Part shown: in pieces, positions 1 to 8,678 of the stretch
Layout of the letters: every line of letters begins with the position of its first letter
Position numbering within the stretch: the stretch's first letter is position 1
DNA from: Candidatus Saccharimonadota bacterium
GTDB lineage: Bacteria; Patescibacteriota; Saccharimonadia; Saccharimonadales; Saccharimonadaceae
Direction of reading: 5' to 3'
Assembly (NCBI GenBank): GCA_009777315.1
Contig: WRMD01000002.1
Coordinates: 10,401 to 74,400, forward strand
DNA: 64,000 nt
Program-made: the position numbers and the translations under genes
The notes under the pieces: generated by a model
The model's input: the letters and a program-made list of their open reading frames with translations, nothing else
Told to the model about the DNA's origin: nothing
Database searches by the model: none

Positions 1-120
1 ATCAGAGGCGGCAAAGGTCGGGCGGAACAAATCTAAGAAGGCGGCGGTGGCGAGGAGAAGCGCTACGGCTAGACTTACCGCTACAACAGTCCGTGATACC
101 CACGCCCTCCGATTATGCAT
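1..120 (-). CDS. 5' end of a secreted/membrane protein gene (partial, runs off window start)
   Basis: ATG at 118-120 (minus) followed by MHNRRAWVSRTVVAVSLAVALLLATAAFLDLF. This is a basic N-terminus plus a hydrophobic helix. Only 40 codons are visible. Confidence 0.35.
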   Translation of the reverse strand, partial: MHNRRAWVSRTVVAVSLAVALLLATAAFLDLFRPTFAASD

Positions 121-184
121 ATATCTATTATATCAAATCATGAGGGGATTTGGCCGAAGGATACTGAGTATAGCGAGGCGCTGA

Positions 185-2002
185 CTAGGCTTCGGCGTCA
201 TTGGCGAAGAAGGAGCCAGATTGGCGAGACCAGAGCTTGGCGTAGTGGCCGCCCTTTTTGAGGAGCTGGTCGTGGGAGCCGTCTTCGATGATTTTGCCGT
301 CCTCTAGGACGATGATGCGATCGAGGTCCATGACAGTGGAGAGACGGTGGGCGATGACGAGGGAGGTGCGACCCTGCATGAGGTTCTTGAGGGCGGCTTG
401 GATGGCGGCTTCGCTTTCGCTGTCGAGGGCGGAGGTAGCTTCGTCGAGGAGGAGGATGGGGGCGTCCTTAAGGATGGCGCGGGCGATGGCGATGCGTTGG
501 CGTTGGCCGCCGGAGAGTTTGACGCCGCGCTCACCGACTAAGGTTTCGTAGCCTTTAGGGAAGCTGTCGATGAAGTCGTCGGCGTGGGCGAGCTTGGCGG
601 CTTTGACTACTGCGCTATGGGGACCGCCGGGGTGGTGGTAGGAGATGTTGTCGGCGATGGAGCGGTGGAAGAGGGTGGATTCTTGGGGGACGTAGGCGAC
701 TTGTTCGCGGAGGGAGTTCTGGGTGACTTTGCGAATGTCTTGGCCGTCGATGGTGATGTCGCCGCTCGAGACGTCGGCGAAGCGGAGCATGAGCTTGGTG
801 AGGGTGGTCTTGCCGGAGCCGGAGACGCCGACGAGACCGACGCGTTGGCCGGCGGGAATCTTTAGGGTGAAATCTTGGAAGATGGGTGTAGACTGGCCGT
901 CGTGGGTGAAGGTGATGTTGTTGAAGGAGACGGTGCCTTTTTGGACTTGGAGGCGGACGTTGGAGTGGTCGAGGACTTCGGGGGTTTCGTCGAGGATGTT
1001 GGTCATGTCGACAGCGTCACCGAAGGCTTGGTTGATGTCTTTGATGCGGCCGTTGAGATCCCAAAGGCGGCCGAGTATGCTGTTGGTGTAGGTGTAGAGG
1101 AGGATGATGGTGCCGATGCTGATGCCGAACCACTGATTGCCGCCGACGGCGAAAATGATGATGACTGCCGCCATGATGACGGAAACGAGGCCGGCGACGG
1201 CGTGGCGGACGGTGGTGAATTTGAGAAGCGTGGTGCCGATGTCAAAGACTTTGTCGGTGGACTGCTTGAAGCGGGAACGTTCGGCGGCTTCGCGGGCGTA
1301 GCTTTTGACAGTGAGGACGTTGGTGATCATGTCGGCGAGGCGGCCGGATTTTTCGCTGTCGGCGCGGGATTCTTTTTGGCCGAGAAGGATGGAGCGGCGG
1401 TTGGCGATGACGATGAAGGTGGTGAAAACTGAGGCGACGATGGTGAGGATGAGGGCGTAGACCGGGACGAGGAAGGCGAGGACGCCGATAGAGACGATAG
1501 TCATGGTGAAGAGGGGGATGAAGTACCAGATAATGTTGTCGTGGAGGGTTTCGTAGGCGCGGACGAAGCGTTTGGTGTAGTTGACGATTTGGCCGCCGAA
1601 GCGGTTGTCGTGGAAGCGCATGGATTGCGCGGCGATGGCGTCAAAACAGAGGAGGTCGAGGTCGCGGAAGGCGTGGAGTTGCATTTTCCAGTGGATCCAA
1701 AGTTGGACACGGTAGATGATTTCGGTGGCAAGGAGGGCGCCGATGAAAAGGGCGATGAGCGGGGTGAAATCTTGCCAAAGGTGATCGGCTTGGTAGTCGC
1801 CGGTGGCGAGGCGGTCGATGATCTGCGAGAGGGCGAGCGGGCTCAAAATACTCTGAGCGAGGGTGGCAAGAATCGCGAGAATGGCGGTAGTGATCGTGGC
1901 GGCTTTGTGCCGCTTCAGAACTTGGAAAAAGTAATGAAGCGTCCGCCCGATGGGCATTTTGTCCTTGCGGCTTGAATCGCCGCCTGTGTTTTCGCTTGAC
2001 AT
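185..2002 (-). CDS. ABC exporter, fused permease/ATPase (MsbA-like type I exporter)
   Basis: 605 aa with an N-terminal 6-TM region. Walker A is GVSGSGKTT, the ABC signature is LSGGQRQR and Walker B is LLLDEATSALD. Confidence 0.9.
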   Translation of the reverse strand: MSSENTGGDSSRKDKMPIGRTLHYFFQVLKRHKAATITTAILAILATLAQSILSPLALSQIIDRLATGDYQADHLWQDFTPLIALFIGALLATEIIYRVQLWIHWKMQLHAFRDLDLLCFDAIAAQSMRFHDNRFGGQIVNYTKRFVRAYETLHDNIIWYFIPLFTMTIVSIGVLAFLVPVYALILTIVASVFTTFIVIANRRSILLGQKESRADSEKSGRLADMITNVLTVKSYAREAAERSRFKQSTDKVFDIGTTLLKFTTVRHAVAGLVSVIMAAVIIIFAVGGNQWFGISIGTIILLYTYTNSILGRLWDLNGRIKDINQAFGDAVDMTNILDETPEVLDHSNVRLQVQKGTVSFNNITFTHDGQSTPIFQDFTLKIPAGQRVGLVGVSGSGKTTLTKLMLRFADVSSGDITIDGQDIRKVTQNSLREQVAYVPQESTLFHRSIADNISYHHPGGPHSAVVKAAKLAHADDFIDSFPKGYETLVGERGVKLSGGQRQRIAIARAILKDAPILLLDEATSALDSESEAAIQAALKNLMQGRTSLVIAHRLSTVMDLDRIIVLEDGKIIEDGSHDQLLKKGGHYAKLWSRQSGSFFANDAEA

Positions 2003-2036
2003 AGCTATTTATTATATCATGTAAATGACTCGCTGA

Positions 2037-3164
2037 CTAGGCTTCGAGGCGGCGGGACATGGACTTCTTGTAGGCTTCGACGCCGGGCTGGTCGAAGGGG
2101 TTGACGCCTTGGAGGGTGGCGCTCGTGGCGCAGGCTTGCATAAAGAACATGATGAGTTCGCCGAGATGAAATGCGTCGAGACGTTCGAGGCGGAGGCGAG
2201 AGACGGGGACGCCGCCGGCAGAGTGGGCTTCGACAACGGCTTCCATGACGGCTTCTTGGGCGCGTTCGATTTCGGCGAGGGAGCGGTCGGAGAGGTCGGT
2301 GTAGAGTTCTTCGACTTCTAGCAGAGTTTCGATGACGGTGCGGCGGCCGTCTTGCATGTATTGGCCCATGGAGTGGAGGTCGGCGGAGTAGTTGAGGCCG
2401 ACCGGGAAGAGACCTTTATGGTCTTTGCCTTCGCTTTCGCCGAAGAGTTGTTGCCACCAGGCGATGAGGCCGAGGAGGCGGGGTTCAAAACCGGCGAGGG
2501 CTTCGATGGTGTGGGTATCGGCGAGGCCGGTGCGCCAGGCGGCGTAGTCGAGGGCGAGTTGGTGGTTGTCTTGTGCGGCGCCTTCGAGGAGGGCGGCAGT
2601 GTCGATGCCGGCGAGTTGGAGCGGGACGAGGCCGACGGGGGAGAGAACGCTGTAGCGGCCGCCGATGTTTTCGGGAAGGTCGTAGATTTGCCAATTTTTG
2701 GCGGTGGCGAGGTCGCGGAGAGTGCCTGTGCTACCGGTGGTGGCGATGACGCGCTTATTGGCTTCGGCTTCGCCGTATTTGTTGGTGAGGCGGTCGAGCC
2801 AGAAATCGAGGGCGAGGGCAGTTTCGCGGGTGGTGCCGGATTTGGAGATAACGTTGATGGCGAAGTCGCGGTCGCCGAGGGCTTGGACGGTATCGGCGAG
2901 TTCGCGGGTGCTGAAGCTGGTGCCGGAGAATAAAACTACCATGCCGTGGTCGGGTTTTAGCGCTTCGTAAATAGCGCGGGCGCCGAGATAGCTGCCGCCA
3001 ACGCCGATGACGATGAGAACTTGGGCGTTAAGCTGGGGTGGGGTGGTGAGTGGCGTGGGGTATAGCCAGCCGGTCATGTCGCGGTCGGGAAGCTCTTGCC
3101 AGATCTGCTCGGCCCGTTCGCGAAGGTCCTCGCGGATTTCGGTGCCGGGTGTGAACTTTATCAT
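2037..3164 (-). CDS. pgi: glucose-6-phosphate isomerase (short form)
   Basis: SKSGTTRET motif, GGRYSVLSPVGL (PGI signature 1) and NPFDQPGVEAYK (PGI signature 2). ATGA overlap with the upstream gene. Confidence 0.75.
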   Translation of the reverse strand: MIKFTPGTEIREDLRERAEQIWQELPDRDMTGWLYPTPLTTPPQLNAQVLIVIGVGGSYLGARAIYEALKPDHGMVVLFSGTSFSTRELADTVQALGDRDFAINVISKSGTTRETALALDFWLDRLTNKYGEAEANKRVIATTGSTGTLRDLATAKNWQIYDLPENIGGRYSVLSPVGLVPLQLAGIDTAALLEGAAQDNHQLALDYAAWRTGLADTHTIEALAGFEPRLLGLIAWWQQLFGESEGKDHKGLFPVGLNYSADLHSMGQYMQDGRRTVIETLLEVEELYTDLSDRSLAEIERAQEAVMEAVVEAHSAGGVPVSRLRLERLDAFHLGELIMFFMQACATSATLQGVNPFDQPGVEAYKKSMSRRLEA

Positions 3165-4450
3165 ACCTTCAATATATCATGGATTACTGACTGCATGATA
3201 TAGTTGGCGGAGAGGGCGCTAGTAGGGAGGTTGAGTTCTTGAATCGAGATGCCGGTGCGAGTGGCGAGAGCAATAGGTAGGAGAATCAGCTCGGCGTTCG
3301 GGGCGAGGAGGGTGGCGCCGAGGATTTGGTTTTTCTTGCCGGAGCCGCCTGTGGTGATGAGCTTTAATGAATCTCGCACGAAAACCTGGTAGCGCAGCTT
3401 GCGGCGCTTGCATTCTGATTCGGGGAGGCCGATCTGGGCGAGCTCCTCGTCGCCGAGGAGTAAGGTGTCGACTACGGAGTATTGCATGTAGGCTTTTTGC
3501 ATGCGGTTCATGATATTGATGACCGCGAGGCGAGCTTCTTGGAGTGAGCGAGCGGCTCCGGCGCGACCGCCGCGGCAGGAGCCGATAACGAAGACTTTTT
3601 TGTTGGTGGTGCGGAGGTTTTCGTCGACAGTAATTTGGCCGCGGACGACTTTGATGCCGGCGTTGTGGAGCTCGAGGTCGAGTTGAGGGGTGGCGCCCAT
3701 AGCGAGGATAATTTCGTCAGCGGCGTGCGTGCGGCCGTTCGAAAGGTGGACGACTTTGCGATCGCCTTGGCGTTGAAGGGCGACAGCCTGAGAGTTGGTA
3801 TGGGTGCGAACGCCGTAGCGCTTGCTGAGCTTAGTAGCGAACTGCTTGGCGATTTCGGTTTCGACGTCGGGCAGGATGCGGCTGGCTTTGTCGAGGAGGG
3901 TGACTTTGGAGCCGACGGCGGCGAAGAGGGAAGCGAGTTCGCAGCCGGCAGCGCCGGCACCAATGACGATGACTTCGCGTGGGGTGCGGCCGCGCTGGAG
4001 GGCGAGAGACGGGGTAAGCGTGTGGACACTCTCGATGTTAGCGAGGTCGAGCCGCGGAGCGGAACCAGTAGCGATGATGAAATGGCGAGCGGAGAGGCGG
4101 CGGTTGCCGACCGCAACGGAAGTCTTATCGATGAAATGAGCGGTGCCGTTGAAGATATTGATGCCGAGGTCGCGGAGCTTTTGAGGGGAGCGGCGTTCTT
4201 TGGTGACAGCTGCTTTGGCGCGACCGCGGAGAGTCATGAGGCTGGGGTGACGTCGGAGAGCGTTTTGCCCGCCGCTCTCGACGAGGGCTTCGTGCATGGC
4301 CGCCATTGGTACATCATAGTTAATATAGTTGCCGCCGAGCGACATCTTTTCGACTAGGGCGACTTTCATGCCTAGCTTCGCGGCTAGCTCCGCCGCGGTG
4401 ATGCCGGATAGTCCGCCACCGATTACGACTAAATCAAATTCACGTCCCAT
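3161..4450 (-). CDS. pyridine nucleotide-disulfide oxidoreductase family protein (dihydrolipoamide dehydrogenase-like, redox cysteines absent)
   Basis: N-terminal FAD fold DLVVIGGGLSGITAA and a second Rossmann motif VIVIGAGAAGCELA. The expected GGTCxNxGC motif reads GGNYINYDV. Confidence 0.7.
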   Translation of the reverse strand: MGREFDLVVIGGGLSGITAAELAAKLGMKVALVEKMSLGGNYINYDVPMAAMHEALVESGGQNALRRHPSLMTLRGRAKAAVTKERRSPQKLRDLGINIFNGTAHFIDKTSVAVGNRRLSARHFIIATGSAPRLDLANIESVHTLTPSLALQRGRTPREVIVIGAGAAGCELASLFAAVGSKVTLLDKASRILPDVETEIAKQFATKLSKRYGVRTHTNSQAVALQRQGDRKVVHLSNGRTHAADEIILAMGATPQLDLELHNAGIKVVRGQITVDENLRTTNKKVFVIGSCRGGRAGAARSLQEARLAVINIMNRMQKAYMQYSVVDTLLLGDEELAQIGLPESECKRRKLRYQVFVRDSLKLITTGGSGKKNQILGATLLAPNAELILLPIALATRTGISIQELNLPTSALSANYIMQSVIHDILKV

Positions 4451-4452
4451 AG

Positions 4453-4713
4453 TTATATTATTTTATCACGGTTACGGTAAAAATCGGCTAAATCGGGGTG
4501 AATCAGTTGGAGTTTGCTGGCGAGGAAGCGTTTGACATCGGTGTCGGTGGCGGAGCGATTCTTGGCGAGATAGGAGGCGAGGTGCCGAGAAACCTGCTCG
4601 GCAATTTGTTCGGCGTGGGCGGGGGCAATGCCGATAGAGAGAGCGTCGGTTTCGATGTCATTTTGGTAGTCGGCGGGGGTTTTGGGTGGTTTGGGTTTGA
4701 AGGGATTACGCAT
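4453..4713 (-). CDS. hypothetical small protein
   Basis: 86-aa ORF packed tightly between two same-strand genes (2-nt and 0-nt gaps). I recognise no motif. Confidence 0.45.
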   Translation of the reverse strand: MRNPFKPKPPKTPADYQNDIETDALSIGIAPAHAEQIAEQVSRHLASYLAKNRSATDTDVKRFLASKLQLIHPDLADFYRNRDKII

Positions 4714-5427
4714 CTAAATATACTCCAAGACTTTAAAGACGATGATGAAGCCGGCGAGGATGAGGTAGCCGCTGACGGCAGTGAGCTTGAGGAAGTTTTG
4801 GGATTTTTTGCGGAAGCGTTGGACGGTGGCGAGGTCGCCGCGGTCGCGGATGGTGAGGCGGAAGATAACGAGAGGGAGGATGACGATGACAGAGTAGGCG
4901 GCGAGGCCGAGGAGTTCGAGTTCGCGTGAGAGGGTAAGGATGGCGCTGCCGGCGAGGATGAGGAGAGGGAGGGCGAAGACGAGTTCGCCGAAGACGCTCA
5001 TGGTGCCGAGGAGGTAGGCTTCGGTGTTGTTGTTGGTTTTGTGGGCGCGGGAGTCGAGGAAGCGGGCGACGGGGCGGGGGAGCCAGAGTTCGGTGGATTT
5101 CGGGGAGCGGTAGTAGAAGCCGAAGGTGAAGAGGGCGAGCATGACGAGGACGGCGGCGAGAGTGGCGTAGGAGGCGGGGCCGAGGTCGCCGAGGTTGATG
5201 ATGAGATAGCAGATGGCGGCGAGGAGGACGAAGACGGCGAGGCCGACGCCGGAGATGAAGGAGCTGACGAGCATGTTGGTGCGGGCGGTGATGTGGCGCT
5301 TGTCGATGGAGCCGTGATAGAGAAGGATGGCGCAGCCGAGGCCGAGCTGGAGGGTGGCGTGGAGGAGGGCGGCAAGGCCGATGATTACTAGGCCTGGGAT
5401 TGTTGCCTCGGTCATCCAGTTTTCCAT
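4714..5427 (-). CDS. hypothetical polytopic membrane protein
   Basis: 237 aa with about 6 hydrophobic helices. TGcTATAAT lies 6 nt upstream of the ATG. Confidence 0.6.
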   Translation of the reverse strand: MENWMTEATIPGLVIIGLAALLHATLQLGLGCAILLYHGSIDKRHITARTNMLVSSFISGVGLAVFVLLAAICYLIINLGDLGPASYATLAAVLVMLALFTFGFYYRSPKSTELWLPRPVARFLDSRAHKTNNNTEAYLLGTMSVFGELVFALPLLILAGSAILTLSRELELLGLAAYSVIVILPLVIFRLTIRDRGDLATVQRFRKKSQNFLKLTAVSGYLILAGFIIVFKVLEYI

Positions 5428-5619
5428 AGATATATTATAGCATAAGGGAGATGCGTGCGCTTAGAGCACTCACAAAGCGTAAGCCCGCATGACACACTTC
5501 CTTCGCGCCCGTCGTTACGGGGCTCAGTCGTTTGCTGCTCCTCGTAGCGTCGCAGGAGTCATGCTCAGCTTACATCTTTGTACGTGCTCTAAGCCCCACA
5601 ATCAACATTACCTATAATA

Positions 5620-5824
5620 CCTCCCACCCCCTACGGGTAGACACAGCGGAGGGAATAACCCCAATGGTCACCATTAGCGAATGTGCCTGGTTGAGCAATA
5701 GTAAAAGTTACATCAGCACGAGCGGCAGTCAGTATGTTAGATGAACTCCACCAAAGCCCCCAGTCGGATTGACCAGCTAGACCATTATTCGGGGCAAAGT
5801 ATGCTGCCGCGACAGTGGCGAAGG
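5620..5824 (-). repeat. hypervariable cassette arm L1 (left arm of element 5620-6186)
   Basis: Outer boundary cctcccaccccctacgggtagacacagcggaggg at 5620-5653 and inner boundary gacagtggcgaagg at 5811-5824. Stop codon at 5631-5633 (minus). Open frame: FATVAAAYFAPNNGLAGQSDWGLWWSSSNILTAARADVTFTIAQPGTFANGDHWGYSLRCVYP*. Confidence 0.9.
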
Positions 5825-5960
5825 GAATGAGGATGACCCCTGTTGTAACAGGGGTGGGTGATTTTGGAGTATAATTCTTTCTATTGTACAGTATAGCACA
5901 CTCGATGTCAAAAGTCAAGAGATTATGCTTATCTTGGGTCAACTTGAAGCCTTCGAGATC

Positions 5961-6186
5961 CTCCTTCGCCACTGTCGGGGCGGGTGATTTCTTCGGCAGT
6001 AGTCTAGAAAACGGTTTTCGCAATCAATCCAGCCACCCGCATATTCATAACTCATCGCTCGACTCGGGCTTGGGACCTAGCATCGCCTACATGACCACTG
6101 TAGCAATTAGTCCAGGTACTCATGGTCCGACTGCAAAGTTTCGTGGCTTCTCCCTCCGCTGTGTCTACCCGTAGGGGGTGGGGAGG
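5961..6186 (+). repeat. hypervariable cassette arm R2 (right arm of element 5620-6186)
   Basis: Inner boundary ctccttcgccactgtc at 5961-5976 and outer boundary ending gtagggggtggggagg at 6186. TAG at 6172-6174. Open frame: FATVGAGDFFGSSLENGFRNQSSHPHIHNSSLDSGLGPSIAYMTTVAISPGTHGPTAKFRGFSLRCVYP*. Confidence 0.9.
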
Positions 6187-6221
6187 AGATTCTAGGGGTT
6201 CGGGTCTGATATACTGTCTGT

Positions 6222-7970
6222 ATGAGGTTTTTTCGGGCGGCTAAGAATTATGGGGTCGTGTATCGGTTTATGCTGTCTAGTTTTGGGCGGGAATGGCGGA
6301 TTTGGGTGGCGCTCATGGTGCGGACGATTTCTTGGGTGATTCGGACGACGGTGCAGCCGATTTTGCTGGCGATGGTTTTGGCTCAGCTGGCGCAGGGGGA
6401 CTTTGAGAGTTTGCCGAGGACGGTGCTATTTTTTGCTATTGTGTCTGTCGTGAGTGGGGTGATGTCGCCGATAGCGGCGGTGCTGGGGATCGCTGGAGAA
6501 AGTATTGCGTACAAGGGGGTGTCGCTTGGGTATTTTAAGAAGTTGGTGTCGCTTGATACGGGGTTTTTCGTGGATAATATGTCGGGGAAGCTGACGTCGT
6601 CGGCGAGGCAGTTTACGGATAATGTGATTGAGTTTAGCCGAGATTGGCGGGAAGATTATGTGCCGGTGCTGGCGGGGCTGATTCTGCCGATTGGGGTTAT
6701 CATGTGGAGCGATCCGCTGTTGGGAGTGTTGGTGATTGTTTTGACGGTGGTGATGTTTTGGCAGATTGCTACGATTTCGCATAAATATGAGCCGTACCGG
6801 GCTAGGGCCAGGAAAGTTTATCATCGAATATCTGGGTTTTTGAGTGACACTATAACTAACATCGTGGCGGTGAAAAGTTGTGCTCAGGAAGAGCATGCGA
6901 TGGCGGTCTTTGAAAAAGATGTGGATGAAGAAGTGAAAGTGTTCATTGATAAGGCCGTGGTAAAGCAGAAGTATTCTTTGCGGAAGGAGCTGGCGGCGGC
7001 GTTGTTTTTTGCGGCGCTCCTTGGGGCGACGGTTTTTAGGTATCAGCAAGGGAGTATCGATCTGACAATTGCGGTGCTGGTGGCGACGTATATGTTGACG
7101 ATTATGCAGAGTATTTATATGTTGCCGGGGCTGGTCGAGAGACATGACGATCGGGTGGAGATTTTGAGTGAGGGGTTGGCGGTCTTGGCGACGAAGAGTA
7201 AGTTGGAGGATCCTAGGAAACCGATTGTGTTGAAGAGGGCGAAGGGTGGGGTGAAGCTGGAGGATGTGAGGTTTGCCTATGGTAAACAGGAAGTTATAAA
7301 GGGGTTGAATTTGACTATTGCGGCTCGGCAAAAACTGGGGGTGGTGGGAGAAAGCGGGGCGGGGAAGAGTACGCTAGCGAATTTGATCTTGCGATTTGTT
7401 GATCCGATTAGCGGGGTGGTGACGTTGGATGGGCATGATCTAAGGGATTTTCGGCAGACTGATTTGCATCGAAATGTTGCTTATGTACCGCAGGAGCCAC
7501 TGCTATTGCATGATACGGTGCGGGCGAACTTGAAGCTGGCGGCGCCGAAAGCGGCGGAAGAGGATTTGTGGAAGGCGCTCAGGAAAGCGCATGCGGCGGA
7601 TTTTGTGAAAGAGTTGCCGGATGGGTTGGATTCGGTGGTGGGCGAACGGGGAGTGAAACTGTCCGGCGGGCAGAAGCAGCGGATTGTGATTGCTCGGTCG
7701 CTGTTGCAGGATGCGCCGGTGATGGTGCTGGACGAGGCGACCAGTGCGCTGGATAGTGAGAGTGAGCAGATTATTAAGGATTCGCTTAAGGATGTGCTTA
7801 GGGGGAAGACGGCGATTGTTATAGCGCATAGGTTGTCGACGCTGGCCGATATGGATAGGATTATTGTGATGAAGGATGGGAAAATTGTGGAGGATGGGAC
7901 GCACTTGTCGTTGCTGCGACGGGATGGAGTGTACGCGAAGATGTGGAAGCGGCAGATTCGGGAGTGTTAG
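6222..7970 (+). CDS. ABC exporter, fused permease/ATPase
   Basis: 582 aa. Walker A is GESGAGKST, signature is LSGGQKQR and Walker B is MVLDEATSALD. TGaTATACT lies 6 nt upstream of the ATG. Confidence 0.9.
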   Translation: MRFFRAAKNYGVVYRFMLSSFGREWRIWVALMVRTISWVIRTTVQPILLAMVLAQLAQGDFESLPRTVLFFAIVSVVSGVMSPIAAVLGIAGESIAYKGVSLGYFKKLVSLDTGFFVDNMSGKLTSSARQFTDNVIEFSRDWREDYVPVLAGLILPIGVIMWSDPLLGVLVIVLTVVMFWQIATISHKYEPYRARARKVYHRISGFLSDTITNIVAVKSCAQEEHAMAVFEKDVDEEVKVFIDKAVVKQKYSLRKELAAALFFAALLGATVFRYQQGSIDLTIAVLVATYMLTIMQSIYMLPGLVERHDDRVEILSEGLAVLATKSKLEDPRKPIVLKRAKGGVKLEDVRFAYGKQEVIKGLNLTIAARQKLGVVGESGAGKSTLANLILRFVDPISGVVTLDGHDLRDFRQTDLHRNVAYVPQEPLLLHDTVRANLKLAAPKAAEEDLWKALRKAHAADFVKELPDGLDSVVGERGVKLSGGQKQRIVIARSLLQDAPVMVLDEATSALDSESEQIIKDSLKDVLRGKTAIVIAHRLSTLADMDRIIVMKDGKIVEDGTHLSLLRRDGVYAKMWKRQIREC

Positions 7971-7977
7971 ATTATAT

Positions 7978-8054
7978 TGGTGGAGTTACAGGGACTCGAA
8001 CCCTGGACCTCTTCCATGCCATGGAAGCGCTCTAGCCAACTGAGCTACAACCCC
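7978..8054 (-). tRNA. tRNA-Ala (anticodon GGC)
   Basis: The reverse complement folds as a cloverleaf: GGGGTTG acceptor with G3:U70, anticodon loop AUGGCAU, T-loop GGTTCGAGTCC, encoded CCA. Confidence 0.9.
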
Positions 8055-8160
8055 ATGCGATGAATGATCCTCGAAGGGGCAATAAAAAAGACGCACTTGA
8101 TTCAATACAGTATCTTGCGCATCTTTTATGTGTCTATTATATCGTTTTAGTTATAGCATT

Positions 8161-8463
8161 TCAAGTATTTGACAAAGCCTTGGTCTGGTGCAGCTTCATG
8201 CGGCTAAAATCCATCGCTAGGTTCTTCGACTGCTTGCGGGCAGTGCGCATATTGTTCTCGATTGTTTTTTTGCCGTTGCCGAGCGGGCTCTTCAATTCCT
8301 ACTTTACGCCACCTATGTCTAGATCGGGAGTCTTATAGCTCTCGCGACGTAAAAACACGACATCGGACTTAAAGTATTTGTTCGCCAAAATTAATGCCGC
8401 ACGCATTTCGTGATCCTTAGGATGGTCAATTATATTGGTTTTTACGATGACTTTGTATTTCAT
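8161..8463 (-). pseudogene. small PD-(D/E)xK nuclease-like gene interrupted by one in-frame TAG
   Basis: Hand translation gives MKYKVIVKTNIIDHPKDHEMRAALILANKYFKSDVVFLRRESYKTPDLDIGGVK*ELKSPLGNGKKTIENNMRTARKQSKNLAMDFSRMKLHQTKALSNT*. The TAG is at 8299-8301. The motif PD..(x9)..ELK fits a restriction-endonuclease-like fold. The segment is AT-rich. Confidence 0.5.
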
Positions 8464-8536
8464 ATGCTTTAGGTAAAGCTTAACATGTTTCTCCTGGGGA
8501 GAAAGTGGTTGAGCTTTCTTTCCTTCGCCACTGTCC

Positions 8537-8625
8537 TGCTAAGAACACAGCGGTTTTCTTCCTTTCCTGAACTACGCTTAAAAAGTCAGGGAAACCCTGA
8601 ACTTTTAAGCACACTAATCTCTGCC
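8537..8625 (+). repeat. repeat module family C, copy 1 (preceded by an orphan arm inner boundary at 8520-8536)
   Basis: ctgctaagaacacagcggttttcttcctttcc...aaaaagtcagggaaaccctgaactttt aligns with 18627-18725. It contains the hairpin GTCAGG-gaaac-CCTGA. Confidence 0.6.
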
Positions 8626-8678
8626 GAGCAAATGGCCATTTGTGAGCGAGCCGGATAAGATGGGTGGGGAGGGATGGG

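Noticed and set aside
3165-3185. A TGATATATT motif 6 nt upstream of the pgi start, as another leaderless promoter (a similar motif lies at 4451-4470).
   Set aside because: It lies inside the coding sequence of the overlapping upstream gene in the same operon (ATGA coupling), so it cannot be distinguished from coding constraint.
5620-6186. The elements might be classical MITEs or IS derivatives.
   Set aside because: They do have 35-bp terminal inverted repeats. However, I find no target-site duplications by eye and no transposase in 64 kb. Their interiors are hypervariable yet frame-preserving, which neutral MITE decay would not produce. Mobility is not excluded.
8060-8338. The plus-strand 92-aa ORF from the track.
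   Set aside because: The composition is odd and it has no motif. It lies antisense to a frame with a clear PD-(D/E)xK-like pattern, so I prefer the disrupted minus-strand gene.
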